A stretch of DNA of 64,000 bases from Chiloscyllium plagiosum (lineage: Eukaryota), in NCBI RefSeq assembly GCF_004010195.1, contig NC_057719.1:87550382-87614381 (forward strand). Direction: 5' to 3'. This document shows, in pieces, positions 38,863 through 52,401 of this stretch; position 1 is the first letter of the stretch; each line of letters starts with the position of its first letter. Under the pieces are notes generated by a model. That model ran no database searches. It was not told the DNA's origin and worked only from the letters and a program-made list of their open reading frames with translations. A program made the translations under genes and the position numbers.

Positions 38863-41559
38863 ACTAACAACTACTTTGGGAGTTACGTACTATTACTAGG
38901 TAAGTGGACAGTGTGTTGCTCAACAGTGTTGTGCGAGATCATTTTTAACAGGCTAAAGATACTGTCTGCAGCCATATCCAGGACCCATCTCCCAGGACCA
39001 GACACTATCATTACACACCTAGGATCTCTTGTTATGATATTGTCATTCCTCAATAAAAGCTCATTGGCACCATTGCTATAAAGAATTGCAAACAAGTTTG
39101 GAGTGGCACCTTCCAACATTTCATCACTGAAGTATTCACAGCACCCCCAAGTTCAGTTGTCACATTTAATATTTCCCTGAAACTCTCTCAATGGGCTGAG
39201 TAAATAGAAATATGCTTAATTATCAGCACTTCATAAACAGGGCAAGATAAAACAAGGCTCATCTGTGGCATCAGCACTAAATGGAACTGACCTAAATCAG
39301 GTGTGTCCCTCTATTGCACTGAAGCAGCTGAGTTTAAAAATGGAACCTTTCCTAAAAGCTCTGGCTGTAAAGTGACTTGCAATACGATGCATTAACCAAT
39401 ATCATCTCATCAGCTTTCAGATTACGATTTTCAGAACTTCACCCTGTTAAGAAATTACAGAAGATCAAGAAAGTTACACTTCATTTGTACATGTTATTTA
39501 AATGTGCAAAATGATGCAGAGTTAGGAAGAATGCTAAAAGGACAGGCATGCACACATTCTGCACACAGGGTAATTCTTCTGACCTTTGACAAAATGTCAA
39601 CTATGCCAACACTTCAGCGTAACTTTTCATTATTTGAACTGAGTTTCTTTCATGCCAGCTGATGCCTGATTTTGTCTCTCGACGTTTCAAATAACAATGC
39701 AGTTTCACAAATACCTGCCATGTTCCCAATGGCTCTTTTCCCCAATTGAACAAGACTCAAGCAACTCTAATAATGATTGAACCTGATTGAATAGGAATAA
39801 AAGTTCTTATGTCTGCATAACTGAGAGAAGAATGAGTGCATGGGCAACCTCTCAGATCAAACTAATTTTCAATAAACCCACAGCATCAGATGCTGCTGAA
39901 CAATTATCAACATCTCTTATGGCTCTGATAACATTACCTCAGTTTTAAAAGTGCAGGGAGGTGTCTTGGAAGCAAATATATCCTTATATAACTCCACTGG
40001 CAATTTCATCCTAGTGTAAGATATTGCACCTACACCTTAAAAATCACAATACCAGGTTATAGTCCAGCGGGTTTATTTGAAATCACAAACTTTTGGATCA
40101 CTGCTCCTTCACACGTGATGGAGGACTGATCCAAAAGCTTGTGATTTAAAATAAATCTGTAGGACTACAACCTGGTGTCATGTGACTTCTGACTTTGTCC
40201 ACTCCAGTCTAACACTGGCACCTCCACAACATGATAAATGCAGATTGTGGCTGTTGTTTAAGGTGGTGAATAATACTATTGCTACTACAAGGAGCCTGTG
40301 CTACAGCACAGGATTTCCAACACAAGATCAATCTCCAAAGCAGGTCAGCATGAGGCACTGCAACAAGGAAAGCAAGAGAAGGCTTTATTGTGCAAGCAGC
40401 GCATCTACTTTTGTGCGACTTATACAAGACGATGTTTGGTCTGCCCATTTTGTTCTGGTCAAGACTCTGAACTGAACCACCATGATTTGGAATGCTTATT
40501 TCTGACTCAGTTCAAGAGAATTCAGGCCCTTCAGTCCTGTGAAGTTAACTTTCCATTTCACAGTTCACAATGTCACACTGCAGCACAGAACACAAGGATT
40601 CAAGGCTTGCCCTCCCTCTGGTTGTATTTTTGCTACTCACTAGTTGAAGCCAATGCCTCAATGACTGACCATGCATGAAACTTTCCTCTCCCTAACTCTT
40701 AACTGTGTCTCTGCCAAACAAAATATCGGAGGCCAGGAGAGAAAAAAAATTTGGTCAGCAGAATATTTGTTTAAAATATAAAATTTTAAAAGATAAGTTA
40801 ATAAATAACTCCTTCTGCATTTTATGCTGATGCCACCTTTATCTCTTGACAGCAGCTACAAGTTTAGCACTTGTTAATGGTCTCACCTAGAACTGCAGTG
40901 ATCACATGCCCAAAAGGTTCAAGCCTAAGGGACTGGCTTGAAGTAGTGAAGTGACACACTCCCAAGTTTCCACTGATTGTTTTCCCTACCTGTAGTCAGC
41001 TGCCAGATCATGGGCATGAAATGCTTTACATAAGGAGTGAAGGCTTTGACAAACAATGAACTGACAGGGCAGTGTACAGTTACCATCAGGGTGCTCACAG
41101 CCTGTTTAGGAGCAGAAAGCTCTCACACCTTGCTCTCATGTACCAGATCAAGACTGCTCAGCCACCCAGAAAACAAGCTGATGGAGGGGCAGATATGAGG
41201 GGAGGAGTGGAAAGGTCTCTGCACATCCGCATCCAGTTAGGACAGTGCAAAAACATGGAGTTTATGGAGAACTGCTCAGTCATATTAGTCAGACGTTTCA
41301 GCAACAGCACTGGGTCGCACTCTGGGGAAGTATCAGAAACTGCAGGGAGACCCATTAATATTTTATATCTTTCAGTTATTATGCACCAGAATGTGATTTA
41401 GCAAATACAGTTAAGTGGCTATCTTAGATTTATATTGTATAGAAAATAGATCTTGTATACTCAAATCTACAGGCTTTACCATCCTCCCCCAGAATTAATG
41501 GATGGGCTCTTCTGCCATCCATCCATCAATTTGTCTCTGCTTTAAAATGTTAAATTGAT

Positions 41560-42081
41560 TCAGTTCTTTCTCTGGGATGGAGGTATGAGGTGCCCTGGCA
41601 ATTCACCAGGCAAATCATATCCTTCGAGCTTTATCTTAATCAGGTGACAGGCCAGAGCGAATTCTTCATCGTCCAGCATTCCATCCCGATCGTAGTCAGC
41701 CAGTTTCCAGATCTTCCCCAACACAGTGTTTGGCAATTTAGACTTCACCATTTCTTTCTTTGCATTGTTCCCGCTGATTTTGCCATTAATTGGTGAGAGC
41801 ATGTAGAAAATTTCATCATACTTTGACTTCTCCCTTGCCACAATCCACTCACTTTCATCTATGCCCGCTCCAGCACCTTCACCATACCCTTCGTTAAAGG
41901 GTCCGTTCATGTTGCCATCAAACGCGCCGCCAGTCACAGCCTGTGCTGGCTTGCTCGCCTCTTCTTGTCGGATCAGGTTCATCAAGTCAGCGATGTGGTT
42001 GGCCAACATTTCATCCACAGACTCCAGCATTTTGGGTTTCAGGGTATGAAACTTGCTGAAGTCACAGGACAGCAGCATCTC
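41560..42081 (-). CDS. EHD4: EH domain-containing protein 4, last coding exon (linker with GPF motif, EH domain, stop)
   Basis: EMLLSCDFSKFHTLKPK...GGAFDG...GPFNEGYGEG...LSPINGKISG..AKKEM..SKLPN.VLGKIWKLAD.D.DGMLDDEEFALA.HLIKIKL. Acceptor cggcAG at 42083-42082, TGA at 41562-41560. Paralog call rests on EHD4-like residues and synteny with SPTBN5. Confidence 0.92.
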   Translation of the reverse strand, partial: EMLLSCDFSKFHTLKPKMLESVDEMLANHIADLMNLIRQEEASKPAQAVTGGAFDGNMNGPFNEGYGEGAGAGIDESEWIVAREKSKYDEIFYMLSPINGKISGNNAKKEMVKSKLPNTVLGKIWKLADYDRDGMLDDEEFALACHLIKIKLEGYDLPGELPGHLIPPSQRKN

Positions 42082-43269
42082 CTGCCGAAGCAAAAAGGGA
42101 AAAAAGTTAAACATCAAACAGCAGCAAAAATCACATCAGGCCCAAATGCCAGTCTTTTCATTCTCTGGTCAATGTACTACAGAACTTGATGCCCACTTAC
42201 GACCGTGCATTTCTCCAAGCATCATCTACTCAGTAAAGCACTGGATAGTTTTGATGATTGTGGTTCTAAGGAGTCACTTTTAACTGTTTTTAAAAAAGAA
42301 AATTTTAAAAAAAAGAGAAAGAGGAACAGGAGCTGATCAGTGTGGATGAGGAGAGATGGAAAACATGAATGCCAGAATGAATTAACTGGGCCAAATAGCC
42401 TGTTGGTGGTGGACATCTAATGTATTATACATATATACAACTTCTTGGACTTATATGGGTGAGAGTTTTCTGACCAGGTTTACACCTTTACACTGTTCTC
42501 TCAGATAATACATTGGCATCTCCAGTATAGAATTATACCCACTGGAACTCCCACAATGGTAGAAATTTGAGGAAGGAACCAATGAAATATCTAATCTAAA
42601 ATGCACTTCTAAAACATTTTCAGGACTCCAGTTTCACTTTTGGAAACACAAATAGATAGAAGTCAAACACTTTTGCCATAAAGTCAACATATTGGTCAGA
42701 CTTGCGATCTTTCCTCAACATTTATTCAGTAGTACAGAATTGAATCTTGCTGAAAATAGAGACATCCTGAAGCATCTAACCTTGCTCTCACCACATTAAA
42801 TGCAAAAACTATTGGTTTCAAATGGTCACAATGACTTCTACTGCTGGAAAAAAAAGTTGACTTTGTTTCTTTGTAACTAATTCATGGACGTGCATCGCTG
42901 GCTGGACCTGCATTTCCATCCCTAATTGCTCTGGGAGTTTGTGGTGAGCTGCCTTTTTCTAGCTGTTTCAATCCTTATAGTGCAGGCTGCTAGGAATGAA
43001 GGAATTTTGGTACACCAAGGAAGGAACAGTGAATTTATTCTAAGTCAGGATTGTGGGGGGCTTGAAGAGAAGCTTGTTAATGACAAAGTTTCCATGTATC
43101 TCCTAATCTGTCCTTTTTCACAGTTTGGAAGATGCTATTAGAGAAGCTTTGGGAAGTTTCTGCAGGGAACTCTGTAGATAGCACCACAAGACCAGAAGAT
43201 GCGGAAATTGAAGTAGTCCATTCAGCCTATCGAGTCTGCCACGCCATTCAATAAGATTATGGTTGATCT

Positions 43270-44710
43270 GATAGAACATAGAACAATACAGCACAGAACA
43301 GGCCCTTCGGCCCATGATGTTGTGCCGAACATTTGTCCTAGCTTAAGCACCCATCCATGTACCTATCCAATTGCCGCTTAAAAGGTCACCAAAGATTCTG
43401 ACTCTACCACTCCCACAGGCAGCGCATTCCATGCCCCCACCACTCTCTGGGTAAAGAACCCACCCCTGACATCTCCCCTATACCTTCCACCCTTCACCTT
43501 AAATTTATGTCCCCTTGTAACACTCGGTTGTGCCCGGGGAAAAAGTTTCTGACTGTCTACTCTATCTATTCCTCTGATCATCTTATAAACCTCGATCAAG
43601 TCACCCCTCATCCTTCNNNNNNNNNNNNNNNNNNNNNNNNNNNNNNNNNNNNNNNNNNNNNNNNNNNNNNNNNNNNNNNNNNNNNNNNNNNNNNNNNNNN
43701 NNNNNNNNNNNNNNNNNNNNNNNNNNNNNNNNNNNNNNNNNNNNNNNNNNNNNNNNNNNNNNNNNNNNNNNNNNNNNNNNNNNNNNNNNNNNNNNNNNNN
43801 NNNNNNNNNNNNNNNNNNNNNNNNNNNNNNNNNNNNNNNNNNNNNNNNNNNNNNNNNNNNNNNNNNNNNNNNNNNNNNNNNNNNNNNNNNNNNNNNNNNN
43901 NNNNNNNNNNNNNNNNNNNNNNNNNNNNNNNNNNNNNNNNNNNNNNNNNNNNNNNNNNNNNNNNNNNNNNNNNNNNNNNNNNNNNNNNNNNNNNNNNNNN
44001 NNNNNNNNNNNNNNNNNNNNNNNNNNNNNNNNNNNNNNNNNNNNNNNNNNNNNNNNNNNNNNNNNNNNNNNNNNNNNNNNNNNNNNNNNNNNNNNNNNNN
44101 NNNNNNNNNNNNNNNNNNNNNNNNNNNNNNNNNNNNNNNNNNNNNNNNNNNNNNNNNNNNNNNNNAGACTTGTAAGGCAAGACCTCCCCTTCACAAATCC
44201 GTGCTGGCTGTCCCTAATCAGGCAGTGTCTTTCCAGATACTCATAAATCCTATCCCTCAGTAGCCTTTCCATTACTTTGCCTACCACCGAAGTAAGACTA
44301 AGTGGCCTGTAATTCTCGGGGTTATCCCTATTCCCTTTTTTGTACAGGGGCACAACATTCGCCACTCTCCAGTCCTCTGGTACCACCCCCGTTGACAGTG
44401 AAGATTGAAAGATCATTGTCAACGGTACTGCAATTTCCTCTCTTGCTTCCCATATAATCCTCGGATATATCCCATCAGGCCCGGGGGACTTGTCTATCCT
44501 CAAGTTGTTCAAAATATCCAACACATCTTCCTTCCTAACAAGTATCTCCTCTAGCTTACCAGTCCGTTTCACACTCTCCTCTTCAACAATACGGTCCCTC
44601 TCATTCGTAAATACTGAAGAAAAGTACTCATTCAAGACCTCTCCTATCTCTTCCAACTCAATACACAGTCTCCCACTACTGTCCTTGATCAGACCTACCC
44701 TCGTTCTCGT
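43270..44710 (-). mobile_element. Young CR1 insertion spanning an assembly gap, nested in an older CR1 (43185-45750)
   Basis: Stop-free ORF2 peptide KSPGPDGIYPR..DWRVANVVPLYKKG..NYRPLSLTSVVGK..SQHGFVKGRSCLT. CTGATA is duplicated at the flanks. Confidence 0.9.
43617..44165. other. Assembly gap (549 N)
   Basis: Run of N. Confidence 1.
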
Positions 44711-44983
44711 AAACTGATAATCTGCAACTTCACTCATAACCTTAGATTCCCTTGCTGATTAAAAATCTGTTTATCTCAGCCTTCAACATACTTAATGACC
44801 CAGCCTCAACAGCCCTCTGAACAATTCCACAGTTTACCATTGATTGTGAAAAGAAATTCTTCCTCATTCTCACCTTAATTGGGCAACTCCGTACATTGAG
44901 ATTATGCAGTCTATTCCTAGACACTTGCACAGGGGAAACAGCCTTGCCGCATTTACCACGTCAAGCCCAATAAAAATCTTGTA

Positions 44984-45205
44984 CAGGTCATTCTGCTATA
45001 ATGCACACTTCATTAGCGCAAATTCGCTATAATGAGATTGACAAATTGGGACACTGTTTCGAAAGCACAAACTTTTAAAACACGTGTTGGCTTAAACACG
45101 ATTACATCACTAACACTTTAAACGCCATTTCTAAAGAGCAATTTTTCTATAACACGGGATTGCACAAGAAAGCAATCAATCACTGTGTTATAGAGGAACT
45201 ACTTG
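44984..45205. mobile_element. MITE with imperfect TIRs (Tc1/mariner/pogo-like)
   Basis: TA|CAGGTCATTCTGCTATAATGCA versus the right-end reverse complement CAAGTAGTTCCTCTATAACACA. Interrupts a CR1. Confidence 0.5.
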
Positions 45206-47040
45206 AATAAGGTCTTCTCTCAGTTTCCTAAACTTCAAAGAGTACACATTCAATCTACTCTACCTATCCAGGTAATAAGGAAGGTAAATGGAATGTTGAC
45301 CTTTAATTGAAAAGGGAGTATGAAATAGTATAAAATCTTACCAAAATTATACAAGGCACTGGTTAGACCACTCATTACAAATTCCCATCCTGAAGGTACC
45401 CACTTTATCTCAACTCTATTAGTTAGCCAATTCTCTAAGCATATTAATATACCACCCCTAACATAATGAGCACTTAAGTTATTAAGCAGCCTTGTATATG
45501 GCACCTTATCAAGTGTCCTATGGAAATCCAAACCTATCATATCATCTGGTTTTCCTTTATCTACTCTGCCTGTTACTTTCTCACAGAACTGGTTTAAATT
45601 TGTCAGGCATGGTCCCTTATTCATGAAGCTATGCTGACTCTGCTTGATTGTATTAGGGGTTTTTAAATGCTCTGCTATTATGCCCTTCCTAATAGACTAA
45701 CATTTTCCCAACAACAAATGTTAATCTAATCTAATTGGCCTATAGTTACTTAGATATATCGGTACATACTGCTGGTTCTGTGCATCACTGGTGAAGGATG
45801 AAAATGTTGGAAGTTGTAGGTGGGGTGCCAAACAAGCAATCAAGGTATTGCCATGGATAAAGCAACAGAGAACAATAAGCTCCCCAGACTCTTGGCTTAT
45901 TCAAAAAAGTTACAACACAAGTATTTTCTTTTAGTTTGCAGGGAGTGTGTTCAAAATGTGATTTTTGCTGACACTTGATATAAATGGCATGAACATTCAT
46001 ACACAGGGAACGAGAGGCTGAACAAACTGGGCCTATATTCTGTGGAAGAATCACTTAGTAATATACAAAATTATAATAGGGTTTAATGGGACAAATGCTG
46101 AGAAATCTTTGCTGGTCAGGGATTTCTAAACACAGGGCACAGTGGCAGCTTAGGGATTTGAGTTGAGGTGAAATGACTTCACTCAGAGTGCAATTTGGAA
46201 TCTCCAACTCCATTAGCGAATATATTTAAAGTCAAATAGACTGGGCTTTAGTGGATTTGGGGAGTGAATGGAAAAGTGAAGTTGCAGACAATCATACTGG
46301 ATTGCAGCATAGGCTCAAACAGACATCATAGTCTACTCCTGCTCTTATTTCTGGTGTTGTTACATCCTCAAATAACTCAGATAAATTTATTAAACAACAT
46401 GCTGACTTTGATCAATTATATTCTGATTTTCTGAATGCCCTGCTACTACATCCTTAGTACTAGAGGGGGAAAATGCATGTCAAGTTGGGTTGATTGTTGA
46501 GTAGGCCACAGAGTGGGTAGTGGGGTAAGACAGGCCACCATAGAGTGGGAGCAGGCTGACAGTTTACAGTTGTGCCAAAGAGGGCCAGGATAAGAGTAAG
46601 GTGCAGGGAGGAGGGAATGAGAACAGATTGAGGAGAGCCATTTGTATTTTCTTGGGCATGGCATCGAGGCCTGTGGAATATCACTAGAACCACTTTCCAG
46701 TCAAACATATCTGCCAACATTACACTTAATTTCCTATCTCTGAACCAACTATAGACCCACATTGTTACATACCCATGTCCCATGAGTTTTAATTTTTTTA
46801 TGCTCTGTCTGGCGTGTGGGCAGTTGACAAACGCCTGATGAAAACCCACGCAGACAGCATCCACTGCACTACCCTTAATCTTCCTCAAAACAAAATTCAA
46901 CTACTTTACTAAGTGACTGTCTCTTTGGTCAAGATGCTCCAAATAGTTAGTTGGTGTTTTACAGGGATCTATACTCTTCACAGACTGCTCTTTGGTAACA
47001 TTGGTCAATTATTCCTCTTTGGTCAACTGGGGAAGCGAAT

Positions 47041-47540
47041 NNNNNNNNNNNNNNNNNNNNNNNNNNNNNNNNNNNNNNNNNNNNNNNNNNNNNNNNNNNN
47101 NNNNNNNNNNNNNNNNNNNNNNNNNNNNNNNNNNNNNNNNNNNNNNNNNNNNNNNNNNNNNNNNNNNNNNNNNNNNNNNNNNNNNNNNNNNNNNNNNNNN
47201 NNNNNNNNNNNNNNNNNNNNNNNNNNNNNNNNNNNNNNNNNNNNNNNNNNNNNNNNNNNNNNNNNNNNNNNNNNNNNNNNNNNNNNNNNNNNNNNNNNNN
47301 NNNNNNNNNNNNNNNNNNNNNNNNNNNNNNNNNNNNNNNNNNNNNNNNNNNNNNNNNNNNNNNNNNNNNNNNNNNNNNNNNNNNNNNNNNNNNNNNNNNN
47401 NNNNNNNNNNNNNNNNNNNNNNNNNNNNNNNNNNNNNNNNNNNNNNNNNNNNNNNNNNNNNNNNNNNNNNNNNNNNNNNNNNNNNNNNNNNNNNNNNNNN
47501 NNNNNNNNNNNNNNNNNNNNNNNNNNNNNNNNNNNNNNNN
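47041..47540. other. Assembly gap (500 N)
   Basis: Run of N. Confidence 1.
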
Positions 47541-48420
47541 GCAAAGGGACTTGGGAGCCCTAGTCCAGGTTTCTCTTGAAGTAAACTTGCAGGTTGATTC
47601 AGTAGTTAGGAAGGCAAATACAATGTTGTCATTCATCTTGAGAGGATAAGAATATAAAAGCAGGAATGATTTATAAGGCTCTGGTCAGATGACATTTAGA
47701 GTCTCGAGAGCAATTTTGGGCCCCAGATCTCAGGAAAGATGTACCGCCCCTGGAGTGGGTTTAGAGGAGGTTCATGAGAATGATTCCAGGAATGGAAGGC
47801 TTAACGTATGAGGAACATGAGATGACTCTGGGACTATACTCGATGGAGTTTAGAAGGATGAGGGGGTTTGGATTGAAATTTACAGAATACTGAATGGCCT
47901 GGACAAAGTGTATGCTGGGAAGGTGTATCAATTGGCAGGAGAGACAAGGACGCGAGGGCACAGCCTTAGAGTAAAAGGGAAGATCCTTTAGAATGGAGAG
48001 GAGGAGAAACTTCTTTAGCCAGAGAGTGGGGAATGTGTGGAATTCATTGCCACAGAAGGCTGTGGAGGCCAGATCATTTAGTATATTTAAAATAGACATA
48101 CATAAGTTCTTGATTGCCAAGGGGATCAAAGGTTATGGGGAGAAAGCGCAAAAGTAATTAAATGGCACAGCAGACCTAATTTCTGCTCCTATGTCTTATT
48201 GCATCTGGAACTCACTAGCTGTATAGATAGTGGAGGCAGAAACTCTCATAACATTGAAGTAATATTTAGGTATCCACTTGAGATGCTAAGGCATACAAGG
48301 CTATGAGTCAAATGCTGGAAAATAGGATTAGAACAGTTGGGTGTTGTTTTTACTAACGCAGATGCGATGGATCGAAAGGCCTTTCTCTGTGCTGTAGATC
48401 TCTATGACTATGACAATGAT
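47541..48420 (+). mobile_element. CR1 3' fragments
   Basis: RFMRMIPGMEGLTYEE-type sequence and CR1 3' UTR. Confidence 0.8.
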
Positions 48421-49444
48421 TCAGCTTTGTCATAGTCAAGGTGACTATGTGACAAGGGTACATTAGGTTAATCCCTAGGATGAGGGGATTGTTTTATGGA
48501 GAGAGACTGAGTGGACTAGATTTACATCACCTCGGGTTTTCAGAAGAATGACAGCTATTTTATTGAGGTACAACAGTTTCAGGATAAGCAGCTAGCAGGA
48601 TGTTTCACCAGAATGGAAATTTTACAACTAGGGATTTAGGGCAGCTCTGCGTCTCAGAATAAAGGGTCAGTCATTTTGGACTGAGAGAAGGAGAGACTGT
48701 GAATATTTTGAAAACCAAATCCTTAGAAGTTGTGAATGATCATTCACAGAGTATACACTAGAAAGAGATTGCAGGAATCTTGGAGTAATTACATAAGTGC
48801 ACAGCCTAGAGGAAATGTAGGATGTAGCTGAGGAAGATCAGCCTTTATCTTATTGAATGGTACAACAGGCTTGAAGGGCATGAATGGCTAACTACTATCT
48901 TATGTCTGATATTACATAGTGAATGCAATCAACATAATCAACATTTAACTCCAGAAACAAGAGGAAGTGCAAAGGAACTCACACAGCCAAGCAACATGCG
49001 TCAATATTTGACCTTTAAAGAGGGCAGAACCACTACCATTGTATTCGACCATTCTTGACTGTACTGTGTTTACACTGGGGACTGGATCAGGAACTATTTT
49101 CAAACAACTGCACTGCCCTGTCAGCATCTTCCAAACATAACATGTTGATTCTTTGTTTTCCCAATTTCCTTTCCAAATTTAAGAGTGCATGATAAATTAA
49201 GCACTGCAAAATGTAAAGCTTTTGATCTAAACCTTGGTTTTGGGAACATGGATTTCTGCGCAATTAGGAATCAATATTTCTCAGTTTCTGCCCAATGACA
49301 TCAACTAATGACATGACGCAATCTAAAACAGAAGAACCTGGATAGGTTCAGCTGCTTGAAACATTCAAAACACGGAGCATGGAAACAACTCCAAGCCATA
49401 AAATGAAAACGTCGATATTTCCAGCATGTTAAGATTATCAACTA

Positions 49445-50220
49445 GTTTAATTTAGATAAATGTGAGATGCTGTATTTTGGAAAGGCAAATCACAGCAGGA
49501 CTTATATACTTAATGGTAAGGTCCTCGGGAGTGTTGCTGAACAGAGACCTTGGAGTGCAGGTTCATAGCTCCTTGAAAGTGGAGTCGCAGGTAGATAGGA
49601 TAGTAAAAGCGGTGTTTGGTATGCTTTCCTTTATTGGTCAGAGCATTGAGTATCGGAGTTAGGAGGTCATGCTGTGGCTGTACAGGACACGGATTAGGCC
49701 ACTTTTGCAATAGTGTGTGCAATACTGGTCTCCTTCCTATCAGAAGGATGTTGTGAAACTTGAAAGGATTCAGAAAAGGGTTTGAGCTACAGGGAGAGGC
49801 TGAATAGGCGGGGGCTGTTTCCCTTGGAATGTCAAAGATTGAAGGGTGACCTTATCGAGATTTATAAAATCATGTGGGGCATGGATAGGGTAAACAGACA
49901 AAAATTTTTCCCTGAGGTGGGGAGTCCAGAGCTAGAAGACATAGGTTTGGGGTGAGAGGGGAAAGATATAAAAAGGACATAAGGTGCAACTTTTTCAGGC
50001 AGATGCATGTATGGAGGGAGCTCTCAGAGGAATTGGTGGAGGCTAGTACAACTACAACTACAACATTTAAAAGGCATCTGGATGAGTACATAAATAGGAA
50101 GGGTTAGAGGGATATGGGCCAAGTGCTGGGAAATGGAACGAGATTAGTTTAGGATAACTGGTCAGCATGGATGAGTTGGACCGAAGGGTCTGTATCCGTG
50201 CTGTACATCTCTATGACTCT
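49445..50220 (+). mobile_element. CR1 3' fragment
   Basis: RDLGVQVHSSLKVESQVDR; same subfamily as 59170-60280. Confidence 0.88.
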
Positions 50221-51189
50221 TATAACTAAAAAAGATATTGTTTCACCCATTTTAAATGTTAACAAGAATTAACTGTAAAACTTACAGTTCAATACAAATT
50301 TTGCTCCAACTATTATATGTGGTGAGGTTCATGGACATTTCAACATTTTAGAAATCTTTGAACAGTGTCAACATTTTGACAGGAAAGGCACAGATGATCA
50401 CAGTTTTTGACAGTAGTTCTTGTTACGTTCCCCCGGATTACAGGTGATGTTGGCTGAAGACCCTCCAGCCTAGAGGAAGTATTTTCTTTCTGCTGCATTC
50501 TAACCAGAACTTCAGAAATGCAATTGCTGAAGCACATAACTGTGCTGGATCAAAGGCACAACTGCCTCCTTGTTACATTTTTTGATGAAATTCTCAAAAT
50601 TCATGACCATTGCTGGAGGAAGCCCTAAGATATAGGATGATTGTTTTGTGAATGCACAAGTGTAAATGATATAAAAACACATATTATTAGTCCAATCAAC
50701 TCAACTCTATTACTCAGTCTCAGAAAGGTTTGGGAGGTATAATTACAGACAAATGCTATTTCTGGCACCCTCCAAAGGGATTAATGTACCAGGAGCCTTG
50801 ATTGCTTTGGAGTGTCCAGATTCTAGATGGTATGGAGAATTATGCTAAACCTGTTCACCAAGCTGGTTTTCCAAAATAGAGCGAGCTACAAGATTGCCTT
50901 CCCTTGCTCAACAGGTGAATGTTGTTATCTCAATCAAGACAGAACAACTTTCCTTCTCAACGTGGTTAACCTGAAGGCAATCTCAATAGCAGAAGTGTCA
51001 ACAAGATGAGATACCTACAGATCGCCTATTATGCACTCTCAACCTCACTCAATATAACTACTCCCATAAACATCACACAAATAAATAAACCCATATACTC
51101 GACAAAACAGACACACACTGACCCAGCTCAAAGAGAAGCTACAAAAACAAGTGCTAGAGATACTTGCAGTTATTTATTACAAGACTAAA

Positions 51190-51500
51190 ACGGTGGCACA
51201 GTGGTTAGCACTGCTGCCTCACAGCGCCAGAGACCCGGGTTCAATTCCCGCCACAGGCGACTGACTGTGTGGAGTTTGCACATTCTCCCTGTGTCTGCGT
51301 GGGTTTCCTCCAGGTGCTCCAGTTTCCTCCCACAATCCAAAAATGTGCAGGTCAGGTGAATTGGCCATGCTAAATTGCCCGTAGTGTTAGGTGCAGGGGT
51401 AAACATAGGGGAATGGGTCTGGGTGCGCGCACTTCAGCGGGTCGGTATGGACTTGTTGGGCCGAAGGGCCTATTTCCACACTGTAAGTAAGTAATCTAAT
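51190..51500 (+). mobile_element. HE1-type V-SINE, full length
   Basis: A box TGGCACAGTGG, B box GGTTCAATTCC, V-domain, CR1-like tail. Confidence 0.88.
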
Positions 51501-51687
51501 TAGGTGAATGACTAATAATTCACCCATCATTAATACCTCCCTGATTTCAATAGCCAGCTTAGTTGTTTATATCAGTTTATCTTATGTGAACCCTGGGTGG
51601 CCAAGTGGTTAAGGTAATAACCAGTAATAACTGGGAAGGTAATAATTGGGAAGTCTCCCAGTTAGGCTTGAAGCCTTTATCTTGCCC

Positions 51688-52401
51688 ATGATTTGGAGGT
51701 GCTGGCATTGGATTGGGTGGACAAAGTCAAAAATTGCACAACACTGGATTATATTTATATTTCCAACAGGTTTATTTGAAACTGCCAGCTTCCGGAGCCC
51801 CAGCTCCTGCCTCAGGCAGTTAGTGAAAAGATAATACATCAGACACAGAATTTATAAAGAAAAAAAATCAAAGGAGCATTCAACTTATGCAAATGTATTG
51901 AACAAACCTGGATGGCTATTAAGTCTTTAACTAGTTAGAATGGAGGTGCAGGTTTCATTTGATTAATATGTAAATCCCAAAATTTCTTTTAAATTGCTCT
52001 CCAGAGATAACTTCAGATTTTATCAGAATAAGGGTGACACCTCAAGTCAGAAAATTCATTTTAGGTGTGAGGCCATTTGTCAAGTGTCTCAGCCTGGAGT
52101 CAAACTAGCTTTATTTCTCAAGTAGGAATTTATAAAATATCACATTGACCGACTATCTACAGATTGTATGCTTTTGGAACAACATAGAATGTAACTGCAA
52201 ATGCAAATTCACCCCATAAAAGGGAGGTGAGTGAGTGAGTGCAAGAGAGCAAGAGAAGGTAATCTTTTACTTATACATTCTGTGTCCGATGTATTCTCTC
52301 TCTCTCTCTCTCTCTCTGAGGAAGGAGCTAGGGCTCAAAGCTTGTGGTTTCAAATAGACCTGTTGGACTACAACCGGTGCGGTGTGATTTTTGACTTTAT
52401 C
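51688..52401 (-). mobile_element. PLE family B 3' fragment bracketed by inverted hammerhead-bearing terminal repeats
   Basis: 51720-51820 and 52316-52401 are inverted copies. The body matches 7000-7460. Confidence 0.65.

Noticed and set aside
43507..47636. Long ORFs in the track (222, 378, 216, 225 aa and others)
   Set aside because: They are inflated by N runs; the real residues are CR1 ORF2 or noise.
51190..51260. tRNA genes at A/B-box motifs (also 11500, 24900, 58410, 59780)
   Set aside because: They are SINE heads that continue into SINE bodies; no complete cloverleaf.
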